42,938 nt of DNA from Anaerolineae bacterium (GTDB lineage Bacteria > Chloroflexota > Anaerolineae > Epilineales > Epilineaceae), in assembly GCA_029262755.1 (NCBI GenBank), contig JAJCYU010000427.1, positions 1-42,938 on the forward strand. The letters are read 5' to 3'. The first letter of the stretch is position 1. Every line of letters begins with the position of its first letter. The notes under the pieces were generated by a model, which was not told where the DNA came from, made no database searches, and saw only the letters and a list, made by a program, of their open reading frames with translations. The position numbers were made by a program, and so were the translations under genes. This document shows, piece after piece, positions 15,975-24,848 of this stretch.

Positions 15975-18395
15975 TTATTCCGTTTCACTCCAATAGGTTG
16001 CTGGCTTACCGCCTTTTCCTGCTTTAATACCAGCAGGCACAGTGAATGTTCTTATCTTTCCGTCATAACCTTCTATAGTCACAGGTACCTCCATACAGTC
16101 TTTAACCTTTCCGCATAAATACTCATGACCTATGCGGTACTGAAATAGAATGGAGTCATGGATCTGAGCTATTAGTTTAAAGTTAGCTGCATACTTAGGA
16201 TTAATAGCTATCTCTGTGAATACTTTCATCCACGCTTTATTTAGTGTCTGTGCATTTAATGATTGCGGCGGGTGTGATACATAAGAATTAAGTTGCATCT
16301 TGCTCTTAGTAGGATCGCCGAAACACCTGCGAGTTAGACCTGTCTCCGGCAGTGTATGGTGTGCCAGTAATCCTGTAGTCATTATCTCATCTATCACACC
16401 TTCATAGAATGTATCTTTTATTCCGGGGTACGTAGCATGGAAGCGCACTAGCAAGTAGTCAGCTACTTGTACATAACTAAGAAACTTATTTAACCCTAGT
16501 AGCTTCTTCGCCTTAACTATATTCTCTTCTCCCATAGTCTCTACTAATACGAATGCGCCCATATTATAATTAGCTCCGTGATTAACTCGCTTAGCTATAT
16601 CACGGAGAGCGACATTAAGTTTAGTGTGAGTAGATATATCGTATAACTGTTCAAATGGTACGCCAAAGAAGGCGGAAGCGTTAGCGCAATGAAAGTCTGG
16701 AGAGAATTCTACTGCTTCTATAAGAGCTTCTTCCCCTGATATATAAGCAGTGTCTCTACTCTCTGCCTGCTCCAGATCCACCTCAGCTAGATAGAATCCT
16801 GGATCGGCTCTTAGTGTCTGCTTAACTATCGGCCCTCTAGGTATCTTCTGCACGTTAGTACCACACCAGAAATGATGCTCTTTAGATGCTAGGCGAGAGC
16901 TGTCAGTACCGTGAGGATTAAGAGTAGTAAGTATTCTATTACCTGTACCATCCTGCCGGTGGAATTCTTTAGCGCTGCTACCTGTCTGGAGATAGTTTTC
17001 TTTCATAGTTCTAGCAGAGCGGATCTCTAATACTAGATTTATTATTCTTGCATTAAACGGATGACGGAAACGAACCTTGGCTAGATTCTTAGCGTCCGCG
17101 CTCTTAAGATCCCCGCAACCTAGAATTTTGAGTAGCTGCTTCATCTGCTTAGCAGACTTAACATTGAATCCTGTTACACCTAGTATAGTGTCTAGACGCT
17201 TACTCTTATCTGCAATAGTGGTATCTACCTCAGCGCGGGCAGCTGCTAGTGCATCCATATCTCTTTCTAAGCCTATCATCTCTGCCATGTGACAAGGGAA
17301 TACTAGAGGGAACTCAGCTATGTAGTTTCTTTCTGCCCATTCAGGCAGCTCTAGTATCATTGCAAGTAAAGCATTACCAGTAGCCCAAGTATCCAGAGCG
17401 TTATATTTATAATACTCGTAAAGATCATTAGTACTAGCAAGATCTTTCCAATACATAGCGTCTCTGATAAAGAATGCGTTAAGGAACCCAAGATCTTTTG
17501 GTATCTCACTAAGCCAAGCATGAAACATATTAGCTGTATCGTAGCGGTAATTATAGACAGGGCAATTATATCTTGATAGATAGGAGAGATCATATTTTCC
17601 ATTTTGAAATACCTTTGGTGATTTTAGTTCCCAGTTCCACTTACGCATAATAGCGAGAGAGTACTCGGAATCTAAGGGGAGGACTACACTGAATGATACA
17701 ATAGCATCCGGAACTGTATTAGCTATAGTTGATATGCCTAGCTTAGTAGTGTGTGTAGTTCCGTCAGCTGGAGGCGTATAGAAAAATCCTGTATAAGAGA
17801 GACATCTGATTGTAGCGTTCTCTTCAAATGTCTCTATATCAATTGATACTAGGAAAGCATCGCTGAATAAGCTGAACTGCTCTGCCTCATTCGTAGGAGT
17901 AAGTAGCTGCCAGCTAAAAGGTGTAGCCTTATACCAGCGCTCCGGCTTAGTCAGCTTAGAGATAATCCTAGTAGCCATGAACTTACCGTAAGGCACAGTG
18001 ACTAACTGCTTTAGTGGAGATATAAATACTATCTCTATCTCAGGGCCACCTGCTGTGAATGCCGGTATAGTGAAGTATGATCCAGCATAGTTACTTATCT
18101 TAGCGGCCGCTCTCCTATCCCAGTGAAGTAGCTTAGATAGCAGTGACTGAGAAGTGGATACTATTCTAGTGACTCCTTTCTTCTCACAGTACATAGATAC
18201 TTGAGCTAATGTAGTCACAGCTTCTAGGCGTAAGAATGTAGTAGTAGATCCTACACAGGAACGTAGCTGATGTAGGTAATCCTTATCAGCAAGAGTGCCC
18301 CAGAAAACTATAGCATCGTCAGATATTATAGTCTTAGCTGGGGCAGTTTCTTTCTTAGCTCTTAGTGCTGCTATATGAGCAGTTAGTTTAGACAT
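15975..18395 (-). CDS. polA: Family A DNA polymerase with 3'-5' exonuclease
   Basis: Exo DIET/NGKYD/YNALD; motif A DLEQAESR; motif B RDIAKRVNHGANY; motif C QIHDS. Confidence 0.95.
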   Translation of the reverse strand: MSKLTAHIAALRAKKETAPAKTIISDDAIVFWGTLADKDYLHQLRSCVGSTTTFLRLEAVTTLAQVSMYCEKKGVTRIVSTSQSLLSKLLHWDRRAAAKISNYAGSYFTIPAFTAGGPEIEIVFISPLKQLVTVPYGKFMATRIISKLTKPERWYKATPFSWQLLTPTNEAEQFSLFSDAFLVSIDIETFEENATIRCLSYTGFFYTPPADGTTHTTKLGISTIANTVPDAIVSFSVVLPLDSEYSLAIMRKWNWELKSPKVFQNGKYDLSYLSRYNCPVYNYRYDTANMFHAWLSEIPKDLGFLNAFFIRDAMYWKDLASTNDLYEYYKYNALDTWATGNALLAMILELPEWAERNYIAEFPLVFPCHMAEMIGLERDMDALAAARAEVDTTIADKSKRLDTILGVTGFNVKSAKQMKQLLKILGCGDLKSADAKNLAKVRFRHPFNARIINLVLEIRSARTMKENYLQTGSSAKEFHRQDGTGNRILTTLNPHGTDSSRLASKEHHFWCGTNVQKIPRGPIVKQTLRADPGFYLAEVDLEQAESRDTAYISGEEALIEAVEFSPDFHCANASAFFGVPFEQLYDISTHTKLNVALRDIAKRVNHGANYNMGAFVLVETMGEENIVKAKKLLGLNKFLSYVQVADYLLVRFHATYPGIKDTFYEGVIDEIMTTGLLAHHTLPETGLTRRCFGDPTKSKMQLNSYVSHPPQSLNAQTLNKAWMKVFTEIAINPKYAANFKLIAQIHDSILFQYRIGHEYLCGKVKDCMEVPVTIEGYDGKIRTFTVPAGIKAGKGGKPATYWSETE

Positions 18396-18403
18396 AGGAG
18401 GCG

Positions 18404-18625
18404 CTAGCCCTTATAAGCCAACGCACTCGCGAATTCTATAGATACTTTTCTACGCATCTGCTTTCTTCTACGGGCACACTCACCTGCTCCCTGATGTGGA
18501 GTATATTTAGAAGTGCGGCGGGTATACTTACGGAACAAGTTGTTCTGGGTTCTATGAGTACCATAACCGAACGCCTGTGCTAGACTTATTATTGCAGCTA
18601 AGCTCTTTGCTTTACCTGCTCTCAT
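18404..18625 (-). CDS. Small basic phage protein
   Basis: Arg/Lys-rich with YTPHQGAGECARRRKQ; AGGAG RBS. Confidence 0.6.
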   Translation of the reverse strand: MRAGKAKSLAAIISLAQAFGYGTHRTQNNLFRKYTRRTSKYTPHQGAGECARRRKQMRRKVSIEFASALAYKG

Positions 18626-18675
18626 ATCTTCTCTCCTGTTATGTGCGGTGTATCAGTGGTGGTAACATCTCATAC

Positions 18676-18713
18676 AAAATACACCTCATAGTATGGGGGC
18701 TACAAGGTGTATT
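18676..18713 (-). terminator. Large-loop hairpin downstream of the SSB-like gene
   Basis: aatacacct / aggtgtatt 9-bp stem, 18-nt loop, short U tail on the minus strand. Confidence 0.5.
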
Positions 18714-18743
18714 AAATCTAAGAGTCTCCTATGTTATAGCTGC

Positions 18744-19172
18744 TTATACTACATTCAGCTCTTTAATGTTAAGGAACTTGCGATCAGTGTCAGTCTTATC
18801 AACGCGGATGGAAGTAAGGATAACTACCTCTACCTCTTTAGTCTGCTCAATGATCTCACGAGTTACACTCGTACCCAGGGCTTCACCTAGAGGTTTGAGA
18901 ACTTGTTTCAGTTTACCTCGTGCAAACTCATTATCTAGCTTGTACAGTGTATTAGAAGTGTCGCCTGCCTTAATAGGCTCATCTTTAGACGGCTCAGCTA
19001 ACTCAATAGTTTCCATACCTACGAAAGCCAGCTCTACACTCATCACGCCGTTAACTTCTTTAAGTTCCATGGTAGCAGAAGCTCTGTGAACACCGGCAGG
19101 GAAAGTTTTAAATTCCGGTAGGTCTTCAAGATCGTCAAGGGTAGAGTCTAGTAGGTCATCAATTTCTGACAT
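18744..19172 (-). CDS. Putative single-stranded DNA-binding protein (DUF669-like)
   Basis: Acidic N-terminus, FKTFPAGVH start and beta-rich OB-like pattern; directly follows the Sak4-like ATPase. Confidence 0.55.
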   Translation of the reverse strand: MSEIDDLLDSTLDDLEDLPEFKTFPAGVHRASATMELKEVNGVMSVELAFVGMETIELAEPSKDEPIKAGDTSNTLYKLDNEFARGKLKQVLKPLGEALGTSVTREIIEQTKEVEVVILTSIRVDKTDTDRKFLNIKELNVV

Positions 19173-19311
19173 GGTTATTTCCTTTATGTATGTATAGATT
19201 TACGGTTTATGTATATGTATATATATAGATGTAGCTTATTTATATACGGTTAGTGTAGCTCCTTACGGGAGCCAGTCGTCTATGGCTTATACTACAGCCA
19301 GAAACTTTTGC

Positions 19312-20232
19312 TTATCCTTTCTTAAGTCCAGCAAGTATGTTACCTGCCCTTTCCTTTCCGGCTACTGGAGAAGGTAGCTTCTTTACTCCCTCTACTACTT
19401 TAAATAGCTCAGGTTTAAATATAGGTAGCAATGATGCTTCTCCGTCTCCTTGATCTTCTACTCTAGCGCCAGTTCTGGAGCCAGTAAGGATATTAGTAGC
19501 GTAGGTAGTATCAGAAGCGAATACATGCTTCTTATTCTTTCTCTCTGCATAGATAACATGATCGAAATACTTAGCTACATTCCGGGAGAAGTTTCTTGTA
19601 CCTCCTACTGGCACTAATGTTTTCTTCTTACCTTCTGTCTCAGCCTCAGTTTCATGAGAAATTACTATTACATTGTACCCTGCCTGTTGTATGTGAGAGA
19701 GGAATATATCTAGTAGCTTACCTAGATTACCCCAGTCATCATAGTTTAGCTTATAGTCATCAGGTTGTGACTTAGTGATGTGAGCAATAGCAGAGTTAGA
19801 TAGCTGTGTAAGAGAGTCGAATACTACTAGATGATTATGGCCTAGGTTAGGTAGATCTACATCTATGAATAGATCCTTATGTGCATCAGCTGTATTATCA
19901 GCTTTCATAATATCTGTCTCAGCTCTCTTACATACCATGCAAGCTACCTTACCGTGCTCTTCACAGATAGATACAGCGCCCTTAACCATTTTAAGGCAGG
20001 TCTCTATAGCTACAGGAAAGCTGCGCGTATCTGGTATATTTATTAGTTCTATATTCTCTTGCCATGATTCAGGTAGCTGGAACAATGTCTCATGCCCATT
20101 CTCCATATCTACCCAGATAATCTTATAGTACTCTGCTAGCTTACCTGCTAGTAATGACTTACCAGTTTTAGGTGCGCCGAATACTATTACTCTGTGTGTT
20201 TTAGATGCTGCTTTAGTTGTTAGTTTAGCCAT
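19312..20232 (-). CDS. AAA_24/Sak4-like RecA-fold ATPase (recombination)
   Basis: FGAPKTGKS Walker A; VVFDSLTQ Walker B; DDWG; VIVISHE; YFDHV. Confidence 0.85.
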   Translation of the reverse strand: MAKLTTKAASKTHRVIVFGAPKTGKSLLAGKLAEYYKIIWVDMENGHETLFQLPESWQENIELINIPDTRSFPVAIETCLKMVKGAVSICEEHGKVACMVCKRAETDIMKADNTADAHKDLFIDVDLPNLGHNHLVVFDSLTQLSNSAIAHITKSQPDDYKLNYDDWGNLGKLLDIFLSHIQQAGYNVIVISHETEAETEGKKKTLVPVGGTRNFSRNVAKYFDHVIYAERKNKKHVFASDTTYATNILTGSRTGARVEDQGDGEASLLPIFKPELFKVVEGVKKLPSPVAGKERAGNILAGLKKG

Positions 20233-20600
20233 TAGCCATTTCTTCTCCGGTTTTTTTCTTCTTCCGTGTAGGTCTCAATACCAATGCAGGTGTTAGCGTT
20301 TATTTTAACCCACGCTATAGCCTCTCCTATTGTATCTGCTCCGCTATGTCTTACATCGCAGCCACCAGAAGCAAGCCAGAACTTACCGTTTATATCTCTA
20401 TACCCTGTCTCTACATCTCTATACCCATAACCTGTCATCTTATCTACTACTGTCAGACTCCCTAGATTAGTATGTAGCGCTACTTGTGAATGGCCTTCAC
20501 ATACATACTCTGGTGTATGGAACACTAAATCTACTAGGCGTGTATCTGGTGTTACCCCTTTGTAGCAAGGCTTACCGTAACTGTTTATATATTTATCCAT
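20232..20600 (-). CDS. Hypothetical protein (start trimmed to ATG 20600)
   Basis: The ORF-track N-terminal extension overlaps the upstream gene. Confidence 0.65.
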   Translation of the reverse strand: MDKYINSYGKPCYKGVTPDTRLVDLVFHTPEYVCEGHSQVALHTNLGSLTVVDKMTGYGYRDVETGYRDINGKFWLASGGCDVRHSGADTIGEAIAWVKINANTCIGIETYTEEEKNRRRNG

Positions 20601-20853
20601 TAGATTTCTTTTCCTCCTCTTTCTCTTCCACTGATGCTTCATAAGATGCTTTACTTCTCTTAGCTACCCGATGCAGCATACCTGCCACTGTAACTAGAGA
20701 AGCTACCTTAGCGTGATAAGTATTTATAAGTACGCATATGGCAGCGGCTTCTTCTGCATCCCCTAGATGATAGTTAGCTCCAGTAGAGGTGTCTCTTATT
20801 ACTCCTGGATTATCAGGTAGCTGTACCATACGCTCAGTAGCGGGTGCGTTCAT
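20593..20853 (-). CDS. Hypothetical protein
   Basis: ORF with AAGGAG RBS. Confidence 0.7.
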   Translation of the reverse strand: MNAPATERMVQLPDNPGVIRDTSTGANYHLGDAEEAAAICVLINTYHAKVASLVTVAGMLHRVAKRSKASYEASVEEKEEEKKSNG

Positions 20854-20855
20854 AT

Positions 20856-21905
20856 CTACATCTCTCCTTTCTTAATCTGTGCTTCCACTAGATCATTGAA
20901 GTCTACTACAAACTTATACTCTTCTTCTCTCTTATCCATAGCGCGAACATCACCTACAGTGAGAGGTTTAACTAGATTCTCTGTAGAGAGCGTACACAGA
21001 CCTAAGTACTCACAAGGAGAGAAGAAATTATAACAGCTCTCTCCGTGCATAGGGTAAGCCTCAGTTTCCTCATATAGGTCTACCAGCTTAGAGTCTAGGA
21101 TTAATTCTTGTAACCATAGTGCCCGCTGTAGCAGAGACTTATCGAATCGCAGCTCATGGAACTCTCTGCCGCGTGAATGGTAGATTAGATACAGCACACT
21201 ATAAGAAGATAACTCAGGGAATATAAAGTCCAGTACTACTGAGTAACCTAATGCCTGTCCGCTATTCTTATACTGTGCGCTATTAGGAGCATTAGAGGAA
21301 GTCTTTACTTCTAGTACTACAATGGCACCAGTAGTCTTATGCCGCAGCACTGCATCTACCTTGCCACGATAACTAAATCCATCAGGCATAAGAACCTTAA
21401 ATGCTAGCTCTACTGCGGGCGCTCCCTGATAGTATACTAATTCATAATCTTCTAGGTATCCGCGCTCTTTCATGTGTATAAACTTCTGTACACAGAACAT
21501 AACCTCCCAGAAAGATTTCTTCTGCCTGTCATTCCTGTCTAATAGGTCTACGTCCCATGCTAGGAATGTATCTAGGAATATCTGATTAGTGCTTTTCTCT
21601 TCTAATACTGACTGCAGCCCTACACCTACAGCTGTACCATATGCGAATGTTACTCCGCGAGAGCTATCTTCTTCTCCAGAGTCTAAGGAGTTTAGCTTAT
21701 ATAGCTGATACTTCTTAGGACAGGTATGTAGGAGTAAGCGAGAAGAGTGAGATAGTAGCTGCATACGTGGATCTATACCAGTAATAGGTACAAGTTCACT
21801 GTCACCGCCACTGTCACTAGCAGATAGCTCATTGGTGTCTACCCCCAAGGCAGGGTAGCTGCTATTATCTAATGAGCCTCCTAAGAAATCATCTATAGTG
21901 CTCAT
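20856..21905 (-). CDS. PD-(D/E)XK exonuclease (Cas4/RecB-like, probable Fe-S)
   Basis: LSHSS...TCPKKY; RGKVDAVL; LEVKT; QALGYS; C-terminal Cys cluster. Confidence 0.85.
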   Translation of the reverse strand: MSTIDDFLGGSLDNSSYPALGVDTNELSASDSGGDSELVPITGIDPRMQLLSHSSRLLLHTCPKKYQLYKLNSLDSGEEDSSRGVTFAYGTAVGVGLQSVLEEKSTNQIFLDTFLAWDVDLLDRNDRQKKSFWEVMFCVQKFIHMKERGYLEDYELVYYQGAPAVELAFKVLMPDGFSYRGKVDAVLRHKTTGAIVVLEVKTSSNAPNSAQYKNSGQALGYSVVLDFIFPELSSYSVLYLIYHSRGREFHELRFDKSLLQRALWLQELILDSKLVDLYEETEAYPMHGESCYNFFSPCEYLGLCTLSTENLVKPLTVGDVRAMDKREEEYKFVVDFNDLVEAQIKKGEM

Positions 21906-21908
21906 ATG

Positions 21909-22004
21909 CTATCTGCGCCAGCTATGAGGAGGGAGTTGTAAGCGTTCATATTCTAGGTATGCTTCTAGGTCACGTATGTAAGCGTGGTATTTATAAGGAG
22001 TCAT
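21909..22004 (-). CDS. Possible 31-aa protein (not in ORF track)
   Basis: MTPYKYHAYIRDLEAYLEYERLQLPPHSWRR fills the gap between neighbours; AAGGAAG upstream. Confidence 0.45.
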   Translation of the reverse strand: MTPYKYHAYIRDLEAYLEYERLQLPPHSWRR

Positions 22005-22425
22005 AGGTATTAGCTTCCTTTCCTGTCTGGTTGTTTCTATTTCTATTTATAGATGGCACTACTTCACTCAGTGTTACTATTAGTATTGCTCTAGTGATTA
22101 TGTTTCTATCATTACAGCCCGGTATATACCCACTATCTGCTAGCATTCTTGCTAACTCCTGTATATAGTAACCACCTAGTAATGCAGTGTAGTTATAACT
22201 GTTATCTGTTATCTCAGGATAAGTGGACACTGGTAACTCTAATGGTGCTAGGTAGGCAGCTAATGCGCGCGCCCCTGCTAGATAGTCTATATAACATTCA
22301 GTGTCTGCCCTAGCTAGTATATGTAAGTATGTAGCTAGAGGTGTAGGAACTGCCGCTGCTCGCATCTCAGCAATCTTAGCAGCTATACTATTGATGAGAG
22401 TTAGTCTCTTTAGAGCGAGCTGCAT
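21991..22425 (-). CDS. Hypothetical protein (start uncertain)
   Basis: ORF in the minus operon. Confidence 0.6.
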   Translation of the reverse strand: MQLALKRLTLINSIAAKIAEMRAAAVPTPLATYLHILARADTECYIDYLAGARALAAYLAPLELPVSTYPEITDNSYNYTALLGGYYIQELARMLADSGYIPGCNDRNIITRAILIVTLSEVVPSINRNRNNQTGKEANTYDSL

Positions 22426-22678
22426 CTACAGCTAGCAGTTCCATATAAGCCTCTTCTACTGAATCAAATATATGTTCAGTAAGTGGTAGGACGCTGTATT
22501 CTATAAAGAATGCGTCTATCTGTGTCTTTCCATCTGTTGCAAATAACACAGCGCCTATAGCTATTATCTCAGAGTTAGAGTTAATACGAGAGATAGAGAT
22601 ATTACAGTCTAGTTTAGGTGAGTATCTCTTACCCATGAAATTGTCAGGAGCAGTACCTTCCTTATTACCGGGCATCAC
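22388..22678 (-). CDS. Hypothetical protein
   Basis: GTGA-coupled ORF. Confidence 0.6.
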   Translation of the reverse strand: MMPGNKEGTAPDNFMGKRYSPKLDCNISISRINSNSEIIAIGAVLFATDGKTQIDAFFIEYSVLPLTEHIFDSVEEAYMELLAVDAARSKETNSHQ

Positions 22679-22971
22679 AGGTCATCCACTGTCATTTTAG
22701 ACATAGCTTTCTTAGGCTTACTCTTCATGGCAGATACAGCTATCTCAGTCTTAGTCTGTTTCTTAAGCCCACGCACTAAGATACCACACTCTTCGTCACT
22801 AAGTATAGTAACTATATCAGGATCTTTCTTTAGCTGCGTATGTATGTCTCGTAACAGGGTAGGTATGTTAGGAAGGGCTTGATCTAATGCAGCTTCTAAG
22901 TTAGCTAGTTTCTCACGTATTAGATATGCTTGGGTAGAGTCAGGATTAGGTGTAGGAAGCGTAGTACTCAT
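22675..22971 (-). CDS. Hypothetical helical protein
   Basis: ATGA-coupled ORF. Confidence 0.75.
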   Translation of the reverse strand: MSTTLPTPNPDSTQAYLIREKLANLEAALDQALPNIPTLLRDIHTQLKKDPDIVTILSDEECGILVRGLKKQTKTEIAVSAMKSKPKKAMSKMTVDDL

Positions 22972-23174
22972 CTGTTCTCTCTCGCAAAGTAGATAGCAAA
23001 TACAGATAAAGCAGCGGCTCTGTGCTTATGTATATTCTGCTCTACATATAGCTGCGCTTTATCAGAAGGAACTAGCGTAGCCTTAGCTACAGCACTTACC
23101 ATAATTCTAGCTATGTCCTCTGCTGTAAGAGATACGGTAGCTGAAGATAAAGGTGTATTTATACTGCCGCTCAT
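22968..23174 (-). CDS. Hypothetical protein
   Basis: ORF with GAGG RBS. Confidence 0.65.
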   Translation of the reverse strand: MSGSINTPLSSATVSLTAEDIARIMVSAVAKATLVPSDKAQLYVEQNIHKHRAAALSVFAIYFARENR

Positions 23175-23175
23175 A

Positions 23176-23424
23176 TTATAAGTCCTCTAATCCTATTAGT
23201 TTAATCTCAGTTAATATAAATTCCAGTGTGCCTTTATCTATATCTGACTTCTTATCTAGCACAGCTTTATATCCTTTACGTTTAAGAGTGTTTCTATAAG
23301 AAATATCTTCGCTTCTCTCTTTCATTACAGCTTGTATAATTCTAGGGTGAGCACAACCATGAGCTAATATTGTAGCTTTCTTATCTTTTTTTATTTGTAC
23401 CCATATAGGTTGATACTGTCTCAC
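23176..23424 (-). CDS. Hypothetical basic protein (start corrected to GTG 23424)
   Basis: AAGGAG-cggt-GTG; the upstream extension runs through a hairpin-rich region. Confidence 0.7.
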   Translation of the reverse strand: MRQYQPIWVQIKKDKKATILAHGCAHPRIIQAVMKERSEDISYRNTLKRKGYKAVLDKKSDIDKGTLEFILTEIKLIGLEDL

Positions 23425-23610
23425 ACCGCTCCTTAGATTATGTTTAAAGAGAGGCTCTCTGTGACAGTGGGGAGAGAGGGAAAGTATTAGGCAGAGGCGG
23501 AGGTAACCTAATACTTTTATCACAAAGAACCTCTTTTTAAAGTGACTCGTATCGTGAGTCAGTCGCACAGGGATTTAGTTAATACCTATTCCTGCGATTC
23601 TCAGACGGCG
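23425..23610 (-). ncRNA. Candidate structured RNA / 3' UTR element with four helices
   Basis: 22-bp helix 23443-23464/23520-23541; 11-bp perfect helix 23481-23491/23507-23517; tgactc/gagtca and tcgca/tgcga hairpins. Confidence 0.55.
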
Positions 23611-24360
23611 CTACAATGCAGAGAGCAACTCTTCAGGAGATACATTAAGGAACGTATCAGCCTTGTTAAGCAAGAACTCTACGCACTCTTTATACTCTTC
23701 AATGTTAGGAGAGTTATCAGCGTAGATTGCAAGCTGCGTTACCAGTAGCTCCAGTACTGGCTCGTTAGTACGTACATTACTCAGCTTACCTACAAGGATC
23801 TTAGAAGCATTTGTAATCTGCTCCACAGACTTACCTGTAGCTTCTGGCATAACTTCAATGTAGTCCTGACCAAAGCCTTCCCATACTTCCTTAGGAATAC
23901 CGCCGCCACGACGCTGCGCTTTAGGCATGTTAGCAATAGCTTCCCAGGTAATCTTATCAATAGGAAAGTTAGAGGCATTGATAGCTGTATCTTCTGCAAT
24001 GATGTCACGAGCTACAGCTACAATCACAGCTTCTACTGCATCCTGTAGAAGATCTAGCTGTGTACCGCCAGCTTCTAGGATAGCTAAGATGCCTTCTACA
24101 GAAGGGAAAGGTACAGCTAGTTCTACCGCTTCACGGATGGTTTCAATACCAGTGTCTTTATCTTTCTGGCGCTTAAAGTTAAACTTAACTGCTTTAACGT
24201 CTACTGCAAAGTTATGGTTAACTTTGATGTTTTCGATAAGAGACTTCATCTCTTCTGGAGAGGGGTTAGTAGCTGCGATAGTCACTGGGCCTTTATGGGC
24301 GGGTTCTGAGGGTACTACATCTGGTGCATTTTCTTCTGGTTGTTCTGTCTGTGTGTTCAT
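23611..24360 (-). CDS. Hypothetical protein with its own promoter, probably highly expressed
   Basis: 249-aa ORF, AAGGA RBS, ATC/ATT/CGT/GTT-rich codons unlike its neighbours. Confidence 0.85.
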   Translation of the reverse strand: MNTQTEQPEENAPDVVPSEPAHKGPVTIAATNPSPEEMKSLIENIKVNHNFAVDVKAVKFNFKRQKDKDTGIETIREAVELAVPFPSVEGILAILEAGGTQLDLLQDAVEAVIVAVARDIIAEDTAINASNFPIDKITWEAIANMPKAQRRGGGIPKEVWEGFGQDYIEVMPEATGKSVEQITNASKILVGKLSNVRTNEPVLELLVTQLAIYADNSPNIEEYKECVEFLLNKADTFLNVSPEELLSAL

Positions 24361-24496
24361 TACTTCGTTCCTTATGTGTTAGGAGTTAAGATTAGGAGCT
24401 ATATACTCCGGGTAAAACTTACTATAGTAACTTCTTTCTTTATGGTGCAGGTTTTAATTCCGCTAACGGTGGAGATCCTGCAACTCCAGAATACAT

Positions 24497-24524
24497 ATGA
24501 TACCAGATAGTATAGAGGTGTCAA
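24497..24524 (-). promoter_or_regulatory. Sigma70-type promoter
   Basis: TTGACA-N16-TATCAT with TGn extended -10. Confidence 0.65.
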
Positions 24525-24543
24525 CAAGTATTTTCTTCTTAGA

Positions 24544-24846
24544 TTACAGAGGTAGTTTTAGCTGGTCTGTAGGAGGAGACAGGAGCCGAGACTCATACGC
24601 TTTTAGGTCTTTATCTAGCATACGTCGCAGGCTATCTATACGTCTGTTAAGATCATTTAGTGCATGATAGGTCTCTATGGTAGCTACACCTCTAGGTAAA
24701 GAGATAGGGTATATATTTTGTAGTCTAAACCGTTTAATCCATGCTATCTTTCTAGTCGCTAGGGTTATAGATTGCTGTGCTTGTACCTGTGAAGCTGCTG
24801 GTGTTAGTACAGGTGTGCGGTTAGGCCGTTTAGTTGTGGTTGTCAT
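24544..24846 (-). CDS. Hypothetical protein
   Basis: ORF with GGAGGGG RBS. Confidence 0.7.
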   Translation of the reverse strand: MTTTTKRPNRTPVLTPAASQVQAQQSITLATRKIAWIKRFRLQNIYPISLPRGVATIETYHALNDLNRRIDSLRRMLDKDLKAYESRLLSPPTDQLKLPL

Positions 24847-24848
24847 AT

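Noticed and set aside
15975..18395. Intein or intron in PolA (also checked TerL and helicases)
   Set aside because: Sizes are ordinary, motifs are contiguous, and no splice-junction or homing-endonuclease motifs were seen
23425..23568. N-terminal extension of ORF 23176-23568
   Set aside because: No RBS at 23568, a good RBS before GTG 23424, and the extension coincides with the hairpins
24443..24482. tRNA gene (stem ending in ACCA on the minus strand)
   Set aside because: Only about 40 nt, with no D or T arm and no TTC motif; kept only as a leader hairpin
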